This document shows positions 47,493 through 58,925 of a DNA stretch of 64,000 nt, one piece after another. The stretch is from Azolla caroliniana. Lineage: Eukaryota > Plantae > Polypodiophyta. The notes beneath the pieces were generated by a model that saw nothing but the letters and a program-made list of their open reading frames with translations, had not been told where the DNA came from and ran no database searches. Each line of letters begins with the position of its first letter. Position 1 is the first letter of the stretch. Location of the stretch: the NCBI GenBank assembly GCA_043228905.1, contig JBHGNT010000002.1, positions 13,082,001 through 13,146,000 on the forward strand, read 5' to 3'. The translations under genes and the position numbers were made by a program.

Positions 47493-50400
47493 TGATAATA
47501 ACAAAAGATATGTATTATGTTAAGAGAATAGACAATAGTAGCTAGGAAGCTTGGCATTGAACCGATTTGGTTCGAAATAATACCTTGTGCCTCCTTTTAT
47601 AGTGTTCTCAAGAGTACTCCTGAAGTTTCTAGAATGTTCCAGAGAAACTTGGAATATACCTCAATTTTCTATAGTAAAATTTAAATGAAAATAATATCTT
47701 TTGTATTACAACGTATAGTCTAATCGTCAAGAGCTCGATCCATGTAACATAAGGTCATGGGTTCGAGTCTTGCCATATCATGACACTATCCCTCTTTTAA
47801 AACGATGAGTGTCACGAGTTGTTTTGGATTGAGGACCCGGTTTGTCTGGATATTGATGATGGAAGTCTTCAAGAAGAGCACGAGCATTGGTCACATTCTC
47901 TATTGGTTCCCAAGTACGCTCGTTGGGACTATATCCTAGCCAATCGACTAAACAGTAGAGCTTGTTGCGAACAATCTTGGAATCGAGGATGGCGACAACC
48001 TTGTACTCAGGTTCATCTTCAAGTTCGATCGGGGGTGGAGGTTGTTTAGTACGACCTAGGATGGTGCTGTCTTGATAGGGTTCGAGGAGAGAACTATAAA
48101 ACACCGGATGTATGTATCTCAATTAGTAAGGCTGTCGAATGGATACCATGAGTTCATGGCTTTAACCCCTACATTTTAGACTAAATGCAAATAATATCCT
48201 TTGTATTACAACATATAGTTTAATGGTCAAGAGCTCGACCCGTGTAACATAACATCATGGGTTCGAGTCTTGCCATATCATGACACTATCCCCTTTTTAA
48301 AACGACGAGTGTCACGAGTCGTTTTGGATTGAGGACCTGGTTTGTCTGAATATTGATGATGGAAGTCTTCAAGAAGAGCACGAGCATTGGTCACATTCTC
48401 TATTGGTTCCCCCAAGTACGCTCGCTGGGACTATATCCTAGCCAATTGACTAAATAGTAAAGCTTGTTTCGAACAATCTTGGAATCAAGGATGGCGGCAA
48501 CCTCGTACTCAAGTCCATCTTCAAGCTCGATCGGGGGTGGAAGTTGGTTAATATGACCTAGGATGGTGCTGTCTTGATAGGGTTCGAGGAGAGAACTATA
48601 AAACACCGGATGTATCCGAAGTTGTTGAGGTAGATCGAGATGAAAATCGACATCATTAATTTTCCTGATAATACGAAAAGAACCTAATCGCCGGTAATCC
48701 AACTTGTCGCATGGTGAGTAGTCTTGATGTGTCATCGTAGTAGTCACACCCGATCTCCATTGTCAAAATTGGATGGAAGCCGATGACGATCTGCATAAAC
48801 CTTGTGTGTTTGTTAAGCTTGCTGTAGATGAGTAGAAAAATCAGCTTGTATCTTTTGCCGCTCCAAACGATCCTCTACACAAGGATTTATGGGTAACTCT
48901 GGGGTTTTAAATACAGACCACCGAGGGTGATAGCCCGTGTAAGCATAAAATGGTGTCACCTTTGTCGATGAGTGGACAGAGTTATTATACGCAAATTCGG
49001 CGAACTGGAGAATATCCGCCCAATCATCTTGATGATAGCTTAAAAAGGATCGAAGATACTGCTCAAGCGTTTGATCTGTTCGTTCTGCTTGGCCGTCTAT
49101 TTGCAGGTGGTAGCCGGAGGAGAGGTTACAAGTGACCATAAGCATTTTAAAGAGGTGCTTCCAGAACTTTGAGACGAACTAGGGTCCACGGTAGCTGATG
49201 ATACTATCAGGAAGGCCATGATGCCGACATACTTCACGCATGATAATTTTGGCGGTTTCTTCACTGGAGATTTCCTTAGTACATGGCAGGAAATGGGCCA
49301 TCTTCGTATATCGATCTACTACTGTTAAGATCGCATTGAATCCCTTAGAGACCAGAAGATCTATGATGAAATCTAGGGCAATGGACTCCCATGGCTTCCT
49401 TGGAATTGGTAATGGTTCTAATAAACCATATGGATGATGCCTTGGCAGTTTTGCTCTGCAACATGTATCACAAGTCCAAACAAAATCTTCGACAAATTGT
49501 CGCATATGGGGCCAACAGAAGGATCATTGTACTAAATCTAGTGTTTTCGTACTACCAAAATGCCCAGCTAGAAAATGCCTCCATTGTGTAAAAGAGTCCA
49601 CTATTGCTAATAGCTCCTTATCATGAGTTTCATAGTTGATTTGGCAGCGTCAAACTTGTGTAAGTGGAAAGCCACAAGATGTAGCTTTTCATCATCGCCT
49701 TGTTGTGACAGAGTGCTACCCAAGGCGAAATCTAACGCGTTTGCTTCGATGATTAATGGTTTTTCCGGATCAACATGAGCTAGAATAGGAGCTTATGTAA
49801 ATGCCTTCTTAAGACTCTCAAAAGCCATGTCTGCTTCTTCAGTACAAACGAACGATTGTCCCTTCCTTGTAAGTTGTGTGAGAGGCAGAACAAGCTTTGA
49901 GTAATCCTGTATAAACTTGCAATAGAAATTGGCAAAGCTGAAAAAGCATTGCACATCTTGTATCGAACGTTGAGTCTGCCACTCTACCACTGTTTTGGCC
50001 TTAGCTGGATCCATGAAGATGCCTTCCGAAGAAATGACATAGCCCAGAAATTCTACTTGGTTGCACTCGAAACGACATTTTTCCAGCTTTGCATAAAGAC
50101 CATGTTCTTGAAGTCGTTTTAGTACTAACAGTACATGAGAATCATGCTCTTCTTGGGTCTTCGAATAAACCAGTAGATCATCCAAATAGATGATCAAACA
50201 AACATCCAAGAGATCTCGAAATATATCATTTGCCTTGTGTTGGAAGACTGTTGGTGCATTAGTGAGGCCAAATTGCATGACCGTATACTCGAAGTGCCCA
50301 TATCTGGTGCGAAACACGGTCTTCCATTCATCTCGTGATCGGATCCGTACGAGGTTATATGCTCCTCGTAAGTCCATCTTTGTAAAGAACCTTGCACCAT

Positions 50401-52965
50401 TGATCCGTTCCAAAAGACTTAAGATAAGGGGAACTGCATACCTATTCCTGATGGTGACCTTATTCAAGCCACAATAATCTATGAAGAGACGAAGTGATCC
50501 ATCCTTTTTCTTGACGAAGAAAATGGGTGCGCCCGTTGGAGATTTTGAATGTTGAATGAAACCATTTGCCAAATTCTACTCAATATAGGCTCGAAGGAAT
50601 TCTAGCTTGGTTGATGAAAAATTGTAGATCAGTCCCCATGGTAGCTCTTTTCCCGGTTGTAAATCAATGGGACAATCATATGGTCGATGGTGAGGAAGTG
50701 CATTGGCTTGTACTTTATCGAGCACATCGGCATAGTGACGATACTTCTCTGGAAGTTGCAAGATGGACTCCTCTTTAGTGGTGTTGGAGGGTTTTACTAA
50801 TATTGTGAAAAGAAACATTTCTTCCTCGCGTCCTTCCTCACACAATTGATGTAGCGAAATGGCCGCAATCTTATGAGTAGATTCTCGGGTTCGTCGATAC
50901 AAGATTTCTCTTGTTCTCCAATCTATGTCTAGGTTATGTAATTTGAACCATGGTAATCCCAAAACAATGGGATGTTCTAGGATACTAATTATATTAAAGG
51001 ATACTACACACGTTAAATTATCTAGGACAATATTAATGGTCTCTAACTCTTTTATGATATTTCTGGAAGCAATGGGATGACCATCAATGACTACTACAAA
51101 GGCTAGACTAGGGAGTTTTCTTAGGGATATCTGATGAGCTTGGGAAAAATTCCTATCCATGAAGCAGGAATTAGCTCTAGAATCTAGGAGTGCTAAGACA
51201 TGTAACGGAGAGGTACTTTTAGTACTAACTGTTACTTGGGCTAAGAACACATTGCTAACTTGCTTAGAGGGAATGGAACCACTAATGGGTTGCACAGATC
51301 TAGGTCTGTCCAACCAAACGGCTCCTATTTTGGCTTGACTTAGTCATTTAACTCTTCTTCTAACTGACTAAGGACATCAAATTTGTTCAACAGATTTGGG
51401 TTATTAGTACTATTAAGACTATTAGATATTCCTACTGAAATAGACACAGGTTTAGTACAATTAGAACTAGCAAATTTTTGGTTTACCTTTCTTCTTGGCC
51501 TATGGGGACAGTTCACTGCAATATGCCCTAGTCCACCGCAATAAAGACATAGTCGATTTGCTCGGCGTCGATGCTTTTCTTCTTCCGGTAATGGTCCAAG
51601 GTGATGTGTAGTGTCAATTTCCATCGGAGTTGGAGTATTCACTAGAGATGCATTATATGACTCCCTTGGTAAAGGTTTAGCTACAACAGAGGTGTAGGTG
51701 GGCTCTGATCTTGCCCTTGGCATCTGGAACTGACGTTCGGAACGTCGTTCGAAAAGACGGTTGCCGCATCTCAGCGTGTGACTGATTGCTTCTGTCAATG
51801 ACTTTGGTTCTTCGGGGAAGGTCAAGAGTAAATCCATCGTTACGTAGACCATAACGAAATTGCTCCATTAGTGCTTGGTCATCCCAAGGGATATCGGAGG
51901 CGAGTAGGCGGAAATCTACAACGTATGCGGAGGCTGGACAATCACCTCGACATAATTGTCGGATTTTGTTGATTGATGTCCTTATGCTGTCAGTATGTCC
52001 AAAACAAGCTTTAAACTCACTTAAAAACTCTTCAAATTTTTTTAGTAAAGGAGATTCCTTTTCTAACAACGGAGCGAACCATGCCAAAGCTGAGCCAGTT
52101 AACAACGTGCCTACTAAACCCATTCGTGATGCATCAGTGGGATATCGGGAAGGATGCATTTGAATGACTAGTCATACCAGATTAAGGAATCCTCTAAACT
52201 ATGATCGCGTTCCATTGAATTTCATGGGAAGGCCGATCTTGGGTTCTTTATTAATCCCTTGCATATTGGGTCCTTGTTGTTGCATCGGTACTATGGTTGC
52301 TTCGAGCTGTTGCATGCGTAACACTAGTTCTCCATGTTTTTGTCGCGTCTGTTGCTTCTCTAAGGAGATTTGTTGAAGCTCCCCCAACAGTTGTTGATTT
52401 TCTTGTTCCAATGCGAGAAAATTCTCTTTCAAGCATTGCAACTCCGAGAAAACGGATTGATATTCTTGAGCGCTAACAATGACCATAGTATGAGAGAAAA
52501 GAGGAATAAGAGATTAGTATGAAGGGAGTAGGAAGTAAGAAGTTAAGGAAGAGAAGGAAGGAGACTAAAATCGGTTCAAACTGTCAGGAACAGTACTAAG
52601 ACAAAGAAGGAATTAGTACTAAAAGATGAGGATTAGTAAGAGAGAGAAATCAAGAGAGAGAGAGAATGATGATAACAAAAGATATATATTATGTTAAGAG
52701 AATATACAATAACAGTTAAGAGGCTTAAGACTGACGTTGAACCGATTTGGTTTGAAATAATGCCTTGTGCCTCCTTTTATAGTGTTCTTAGGAGTACTCC
52801 TTAAGTTTCTAGAATGTTCTAGAGAAATCTGGACCATACCTCAATTTTCTATAGTAAAACTTAAATGAAAATAATATCTTTTATATTACAACGTATAGTC
52901 TAATAGTCAAGAGCTCGACCCATGTAACATAATGTCATGGGTCCGAGGCTTGCAATATCATGATA
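47493..52965 (-). mobile_element. Chromovirus G2 (degenerate): 5' LTR 52582-52965, partial 3' LTRs 47493-47785 and 48182-48285
   Basis: Fragments homologous to G3 gag and pol. RNase H-integrase deletion near 49570. Duplicated chromodomain + LTR end. No TSD recoverable. Confidence 0.88.
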
Positions 52966-53430
52966 TTTGGAAGGACTTCTTTCCCAACACCTATTCCTCC
53001 TCCCCTCTTCTTGTCCATGTTCTATTCTTCCTACCCCACATATTTATAGGTTTTTAATTGCGTTATTGTTACTTTTTTATTTTTTTTTCTTTTTACATAT
53101 CCTCGAGGTTATGTGATGCGTTTTTCATATCATTATTTCTGCTTTCTCATCCCAAATTTTGTCAGACAAGAAAGTTCTCTTTGTCACCTTCTTACAAATC
53201 TTTTCTTTTGAAATTTGGATATGAGATGATAAAGTTATGCGCTTTTTCTCTACCTTGCTTTTTTTGCGTTTTTTTCTTTATTCTTATTTCATGGTTTTTA
53301 TACTTTTGAAAAACAGCTCTAGCTTTATATCCCTTCAAGTTCCTTCCTCTGTTAATACTTGATCCTTTCATATTGTGCTTTATTCTTATACACCTTAGCT
53401 CCAATATATTTTCCACAGTCTTTTCTTACG
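52966..53430. repeat. Partial LTR X copy
   Basis: ~53020-53420 aligns with ~6580-6980 (ttctattcttcctaccccacatatttata...ccttagct). Confidence 0.8.
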
Positions 53431-53571
53431 ATGGTATATGTCAGGAACTCTATTAAGGCAGAGAAGGAATTAGTACTAAAAGAAGGATTAGTACTATTGT
53501 TGGGGAATAGTACTAAGACAGAGAAGGATTAGTACTATGAGAGGTGTCGAACTTTGAGAGAAGGAATGAGT

Positions 53572-53615
<44 letters not shown>

Positions 53616-53835
53616 TGATGCGAAAGATATATGTATTATATGAAGGAAGATATACAACAGTAGTTAGAAGGCTTAAGACTGGCGTTGAACCGATTTGGTT
53701 CGAACTAATGCCTTGCGCCTCCTTTTATAGTGTCTTCAGGAATACTCCTGAAGTTTCTAGAATGTTCCAGAGAAATCTGGAATATACATCAATTTCCCAA
53801 TAAAACCTAAATGAAAATAATATCCTTCAAATTAC

Positions 53836-53905
53836 AATTCATAACCTAATGGTAAAGTCTCGACCCGTGTAACAAAAGGTTATGGGTTCGAGTCTAGTTA
53901 TGACA
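53836..53905 (+). ncRNA. tRNA-like Pol III cassette at the U3 edge of G-family LTRs, antisense to the element
   Basis: Box A taacctaatgg at 53842-53852 (TAGTCTAATGG in the G1 3' LTR) and box B ggttcgagtc at 53885-53894, with a 32-nt spacer. G1/G2 copies read AAGGTCATGGGTTCGAGTC, like a tRNA variable loop + T arm. Confidence 0.6.
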
Positions 53906-56900
53906 CTATCCCCCCTTTAAAACGACGAGTTCCACGAGTCGTTTTGGATTGAGGACCCGGTTTCTCGGGATATCGTCGATGGAAGTCTTCTAGAAGAGCA
54001 CGAGCATTGGTCACATTCTCGATCGGTTCCCAAGTACGCTCGCTGGGACTATATCCTAGCCAATCGACTAGATAGTAGAGCTTGTTGCGAACAATCTTGG
54101 AATCGAGGATGGCAGCGACCTCATACTCAGGTCCATCTTCGAGCTCGATAGGAGGTGGTGGTTGTATAGTACGTCCTGGGATAGTGCTCTCGTGATAGGG
54201 TTCGAGGAGAGAACTATGAAACACCGGATGTATCCGAAGTTGCGGAGGTAGCTCGAGACGAAAAGCGACATCATTAATCTTCCCGATAATACGGAAAGGA
54301 CCTAATCGCCTATAATCCAACTTCTCACATGGGCGAGTAGTCTTGATGTGTCGTCGTAGTAGCCACACCCGATCTCCAATGTTAAAACTGGATGGAAGTC
54401 GATGACGATCTGCGTAGTCCTTGTGTGATTGTTGAGCTTGCTGGAGTTGAGTAGATAAATCTGCTTGTATCTTGCGTAATCGCTCCAAACGATCCTCCGC
54501 GCAAGGATTTGTGGACACTTCTGGGGTTTCAAGGACACACCACCGGGGATGATATCCCATATAAGCGTAGAATGACGTGACTTTAGTCGATGCGTGGATA
54601 GCGTTATTATAGGCAAATTCGGCAAACTGAAGAATATCTGCCCAGTCATTCTGATGATAGTTGAGAAAGCACCGCAGATACTGCTCCAGTGTTTGATTTG
54701 TTCGTTCGGCTTGACCGTCGGTTTGTGGGTGGTAGCCGGAGGAGAGGTTACAAGTGACCTTCAGCATTTTAAAAAGGTGCTTCCAGAATTTTGACACAAA
54801 CTGGGGTCCACGATCGCTGATGATATTATCAAGGAGTCCATGATGCCGACATACTTCCCGCATGACAATTTCGGCGGTGTCTTCACTAGATATTTCTTTA
54901 GTACATGGTAAGAAATGAGCCATCTTCGTATATCGATCCACCACTGTGAGAATCGCACTGAATCCCTTAGAGACTGGAAGATCTGTAATGAAGTCAAGAG
55001 CAATGGATTGCCATGGCTTGCTTGGAATTGGTAATGGTTCTAATAAACCATATGGATGATGTCTTGGCATTTTCGCTCTGCAGCATGTATCGCAAGTCCG
55101 AACAAAATCTTCGACAAATTGTCGCATATGGGGCCACCAGAATGATCGTTGTACTAAATCTAATGTTTTAGTACTACCAAAATGTCCTGCTGTATATGTG
55201 TCATGGCAGTTTTGTACTACTCGAAGGCGGCAAGAACCATTAGGAACATACAAAAGTTCTTTAAAGAAGAGTAATCCATCACAGTATTTGAATTGCCGAT
55301 AATCCGTACCTGGTGATTGTGATTGTGAACATGACGCTCGAGAGGGGTCAATTTGTGCTAGTATAGCTTGGGCGAAAGCATCAGTCTTCAAGTCCTCACG
55401 TATAGTATTGGTAATGTCGGAATCCACGGGCATGTCAAAGACCTGTGCTGCTTGCAGTCGTGCTGGACCCAAGATTACTTGCTTCTGGTTATCGAAAGCT
55501 GGCTCACCGGGACGTGGTGTTAGATACGAACGCCGTGATAATGCATCTGCCTTCCCTTGGTGCTTCCCCGGACGATATGTAATTTTGAAGTCGAAGCGTG
55601 TGAGGAAGTGGGCCCACCGAGCTTGACGTCGATTCAGTACACGAGCATCTTGAAAGTAGGCAAGGTTCTTGTGGTCACTGAATACAGTGACCTGATGAGG
55701 AGATCCCTCCAGGAAATGCCTCCATTGCATAAAAGAATCAACTATTGCTAATAGCTCTTTATCATGAATTTCGTAGTTGATTTCGGCGGCGTCAAACTTA
55801 CGGGAGTGGAAAGCCACAGGATGTAGCTTCTCGTCGTTACCCTGTTGTGACAGAATGCTCCCCAATGCGAAATCCGATGCGTCAGCTTCGATAATGAATG
55901 GTTTTTCCGGATCCACATGACCTAAAATTGGAGCTGATGTAAACGCCTTCTTAAGACTCTCGAAAGCCATGTCCGTCTCTTTAGACCAAATGAATGATTG
56001 TCCCTTCCTCGTGAGCTGTGTGAGAGGCAGCACAATTTTTGAGTAATTTTGTATGAACTTCCGGTAAAAATTTGCAAAGCCTAGGAAGCATTGCACATCC
56101 CGCACCGAACGCGGAGTGTGCCATTCTATCACCGTTTTGACCTTGGCTGGGTCCATAGATATGCCTTCTGAGGAGATGACATAGCCGAGAAATTCCACTT
56201 GGTTGCACCCGAAACTACATTTCTCTAACTTTGCATACAGACCATGTTCTCGAAGTCGTTTTAGTACTAATAGTACATGAGAATCATGTTCTTCTTGGGT
56301 CTTTGAATAAACCAGTAGATCATCCAAATAGATGATCAAAAAATCATCCAAGAGATCTCGAAATATATCATTCACCATGTGCTGGAAGACTGCCGGCGCA
56401 TTAGTGAGTCCGAACGGCATGACCGTATACTCGAAGTGCCCATATCTGGTGCGAAACGCGGTCTTCCATTCATCTCCTGGTCGGATCCGTACGAGGTTAT
56501 AGGCTCCTCGTAAGTCGATCTTCGTGAAGAACCTGGCACCGTTGATCCGTTCTAAAAGACTTGAGATAAGGGGAAGAGCATACCTATTTCTTACTGTGAC
56601 CTTATTCAAGCCACGGTAATCTACAACGAGTCGAAGCGAGCCATCTTTTTTCTTGACGAAGAAAATGGGTGCGCCGGCTGGAGATTTCGAATGCCGAATG
56701 AAACCGTTCTCCAAATTCTCCTCTATATAGGCTCGAAGGACTTCTAGCTCGGTTGGTGACAAATTGTAGATCGGCCCCCATGGCGGCTCTTTTCCCGGTT
56801 GTAAGTCGATGGCGCAATCGTACGGCCGATGATGAGGAAGTGTGTTGGCTTGTACTTTATCGAACACATTAGCATACTGACGATACTTCTCGGGAAGTTG

Positions 56901-57494
56901 AACGGTGGACTCCTCTTTGGTGGTGCTGGAGGGTTGTACTGATATTGCGAAGAGAAACATTTCCTCCTTGCGCCCTTCCTCACGCAACTGACGTAGCGAA
57001 ATGGTTGCAACCTTCTGGGTAGATCCTTGGGTTTGTCGCAACCGGATTTCCCTTGTCCTCCAATCTATGTCTGGGTTATGTAACTCGAACCATGGTAATC
57101 CTAAAACTATGGGATGTTCTGGAATACTAATAATATTAAATGATACTACACATGTTAAGTTATCTAGGACAATATTAACGGGTTCCGACTCTTCTATGAT
57201 ATTACCAGAAGCAATGGGACGACCATCAATGACTACTACTGAGGCTGGACATGGGAGCTTTCTGAGAGATATCTGATGAGCTCGGGCAAAATTCCTATCC
57301 ATGAAGCAAGAATTAGCTCCGGAATCTAGAAGGGCTAAGGTATGTACTGGAGGGGTACTTTTAGTACTAACTGCTACTTGGGCTACGAACACATCACTAA
57401 CTTGCTTAGAGGGAATGGAACCACTAATGGGCTGCACAGATCTAGGGCTGTCCAACCAAACGGCTCCTATTTTGGCTGGACTTAGTCGTTTAAC
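53898..57494 (-). CDS. G3 Pol (protease, RT, RNase H, integrase, chromodomain), probably expressed by -1 frameshift from gag
   Basis: >1185-codon open frame with no 5' ATG. Motifs LLDSGA, YLDD, EADASD, HHCC/D,D35E, GPF and YEVAAILDS...YLVDWLGY...TWEP (chromodomain). Confidence 0.93.
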   Translation of the reverse strand, partial: VKRLSPAKIGAVWLDSPRSVQPISGSIPSKQVSDVFVAQVAVSTKSTPPVHTLALLDSGANSCFMDRNFARAHQISLRKLPCPASVVVIDGRPIASGNIIEESEPVNIVLDNLTCVVSFNIISIPEHPIVLGLPWFELHNPDIDWRTREIRLRQTQGSTQKVATISLRQLREEGRKEEMFLFAISVQPSSTTKEESTVQLPEKYRQYANVFDKVQANTLPHHRPYDCAIDLQPGKEPPWGPIYNLSPTELEVLRAYIEENLENGFIRHSKSPAGAPIFFVKKKDGSLRLVVDYRGLNKVTVRNRYALPLISSLLERINGARFFTKIDLRGAYNLVRIRPGDEWKTAFRTRYGHFEYTVMPFGLTNAPAVFQHMVNDIFRDLLDDFLIIYLDDLLVYSKTQEEHDSHVLLVLKRLREHGLYAKLEKCSFGCNQVEFLGYVISSEGISMDPAKVKTVIEWHTPRSVRDVQCFLGFANFYRKFIQNYSKIVLPLTQLTRKGQSFIWSKETDMAFESLKKAFTSAPILGHVDPEKPFIIEADASDFALGSILSQQGNDEKLHPVAFHSRKFDAAEINYEIHDKELLAIVDSFMQWRHFLEGSPHQVTVFSDHKNLAYFQDARVLNRRQARWAHFLTRFDFKITYRPGKHQGKADALSRRSYLTPRPGEPAFDNQKQVILGPARLQAAQVFDMPVDSDITNTIREDLKTDAFAQAILAQIDPSRASCSQSQSPGTDYRQFKYCDGLLFFKELLYVPNGSCRLRVVQNCHDTYTAGHFGSTKTLDLVQRSFWWPHMRQFVEDFVRTCDTCCRAKMPRHHPYGLLEPLPIPSKPWQSIALDFITDLPVSKGFSAILTVVDRYTKMAHFLPCTKEISSEDTAEIVMREVCRHHGLLDNIISDRGPQFVSKFWKHLFKMLKVTCNLSSGYHPQTDGQAERTNQTLEQYLRCFLNYHQNDWADILQFAEFAYNNAIHASTKVTSFYAYMGYHPRWCVLETPEVSTNPCAEDRLERLRKIQADLSTQLQQAQQSHKDYADRHRLPSSFNIGDRVWLLRRHIKTTRPCEKLDYRRLGPFRIIGKINDVAFRLELPPQLRIHPVFHSSLLEPYHESTIPGRTIQPPPPIELEDGPEYEVAAILDSKIVRNKLYYLVDWLGYSPSERTWEPIENVTNARALLEDFHRRYPEKPGPQSKTTRGTRRFKGGIVS

Positions 57495-58651
57495 TCTTCT
57501 TCTAATTGGCTAAGGACATCAAATTTGTTTGCGAGATTCGGACTATTAGTACTATTAGGACTATTATGACTATGAGGACTATCAGAGATTCCTACTGAAA
57601 TAGACTCGGGTTTAGTATAGTCAGAACTAACAACGACTTGGTTTACCTGCCTTCTTGGTCTATGGGGACAGTTTATCGCGATATGCCCTGGTCCACCGCA
57701 ATAAAGGCATAATCGGTTTGTTCGGCGTCGTTGCTTTTCCTCCTCCGATAGCGGCCCACGACGACGTGTAGTGTCAATTTCCATTGGAGTTGGAGTACTT
57801 ACTGGAGGCGCATTATGTGACTCCCTTTGAAAAGGTTTCGCTACCACTGAGGCATAGGTAGGCTCGGATCTTGCCCTCGGCATCTGAAATTGTCGTTCCG
57901 AACGTCGCTCGAAGAGGCGGTTGTCACATCTGACCGCTCGACTGATTGCTTCTGTTAATGATTTTGGCTCTTCAGGGAAGGTCAAGAGTAAATCCTTGAC
58001 ATCGTTGCGTAGACCATAGCGGAACTGCTCCATCAATGCTTGATCATCCCAGGGGATATCGGCGGCGAGTAGGCGGAAATCTGCAGCATATGCGGAGGCT
58101 GGACGGTCACCTTGGCGTAATCGCCGGATTTTGTTGATTGCAGTCCTTATGCTGTCAGTATCTCCAAAACATGCTTTAAACTCACTTATGAATTCTTCAA
58201 AATTATTTAGTACTGGAGATTCCTTTTCTAGTAGCGGAGCGAACCATGCTAATGCTGAGCCATTTAACAACGTGCCTACTAAACCCACTCGTGATGCATC
58301 GGTGGGATATCGGGACGGATGCATTTGAATAACTAACCGTACCTGGTTAAGAAACCCTCTAAACTGCGATCGCGTTCCATCGAACTTCGTGGGAAGGCCA
58401 ATCTTGGGTTCTTTATGAATCCCTTGTGCTCCGTGCCCTTGTTGTTGCATTGCTACGATGGTTGCTTCGAGTTGTTGCACGCGTAACGCAAGTTCCCCAT
58501 GCTGTTGTTGCGTTTGCTGCTTTTCTAAGGAAATTTGCTGAAGATCCCCCAACAAGCGTTGATTTTCTTGTTCCAAAGCATGAAACTTCTCTTTCAAGCA
58601 TTGAAATTCCGAGAAAACGGATTGATACTCTTCAGCGCTAACGGTGGCCAT
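57482..58651 (-). CDS. G3 Gag (coiled coil, capsid, CCHC knuckle)
   Basis: 389-aa ORF with PTKFDGTRSQFRGFLNQ, LRQGDRPASAYAADF and CLYCGGPGHIAINC. Confidence 0.93.
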   Translation of the reverse strand: MATVSAEEYQSVFSEFQCLKEKFHALEQENQRLLGDLQQISLEKQQTQQQHGELALRVQQLEATIVAMQQQGHGAQGIHKEPKIGLPTKFDGTRSQFRGFLNQVRLVIQMHPSRYPTDASRVGLVGTLLNGSALAWFAPLLEKESPVLNNFEEFISEFKACFGDTDSIRTAINKIRRLRQGDRPASAYAADFRLLAADIPWDDQALMEQFRYGLRNDVKDLLLTFPEEPKSLTEAISRAVRCDNRLFERRSERQFQMPRARSEPTYASVVAKPFQRESHNAPPVSTPTPMEIDTTRRRGPLSEEEKQRRRTNRLCLYCGGPGHIAINCPHRPRRQVNQVVVSSDYTKPESISVGISDSPHSHNSPNSTNSPNLANKFDVLSQLEEELND

Positions 58652-58885
58652 GGGATGAAGGAAAAGGGAAATAAGAGACTAGTAGGAAAGGAGGGAGACA
58701 GAAGGAAGAGGGAGAGAAAAGACCAGACAGGCACCCAGAAATCGGTTCAAACTGTCAGGAACTCTATTAAGGCAGAGAAGGAATTAGTACTAAAAGAAGG
58801 ATTAGTACTATTGTTGGGGAATAGTACTAAGACAGAGAAGGATTAGTACTATGAGAGGTGTCGAACTTTGAGAGAAGGAATGAGT

Positions 58886-58925
<40 letters not shown>

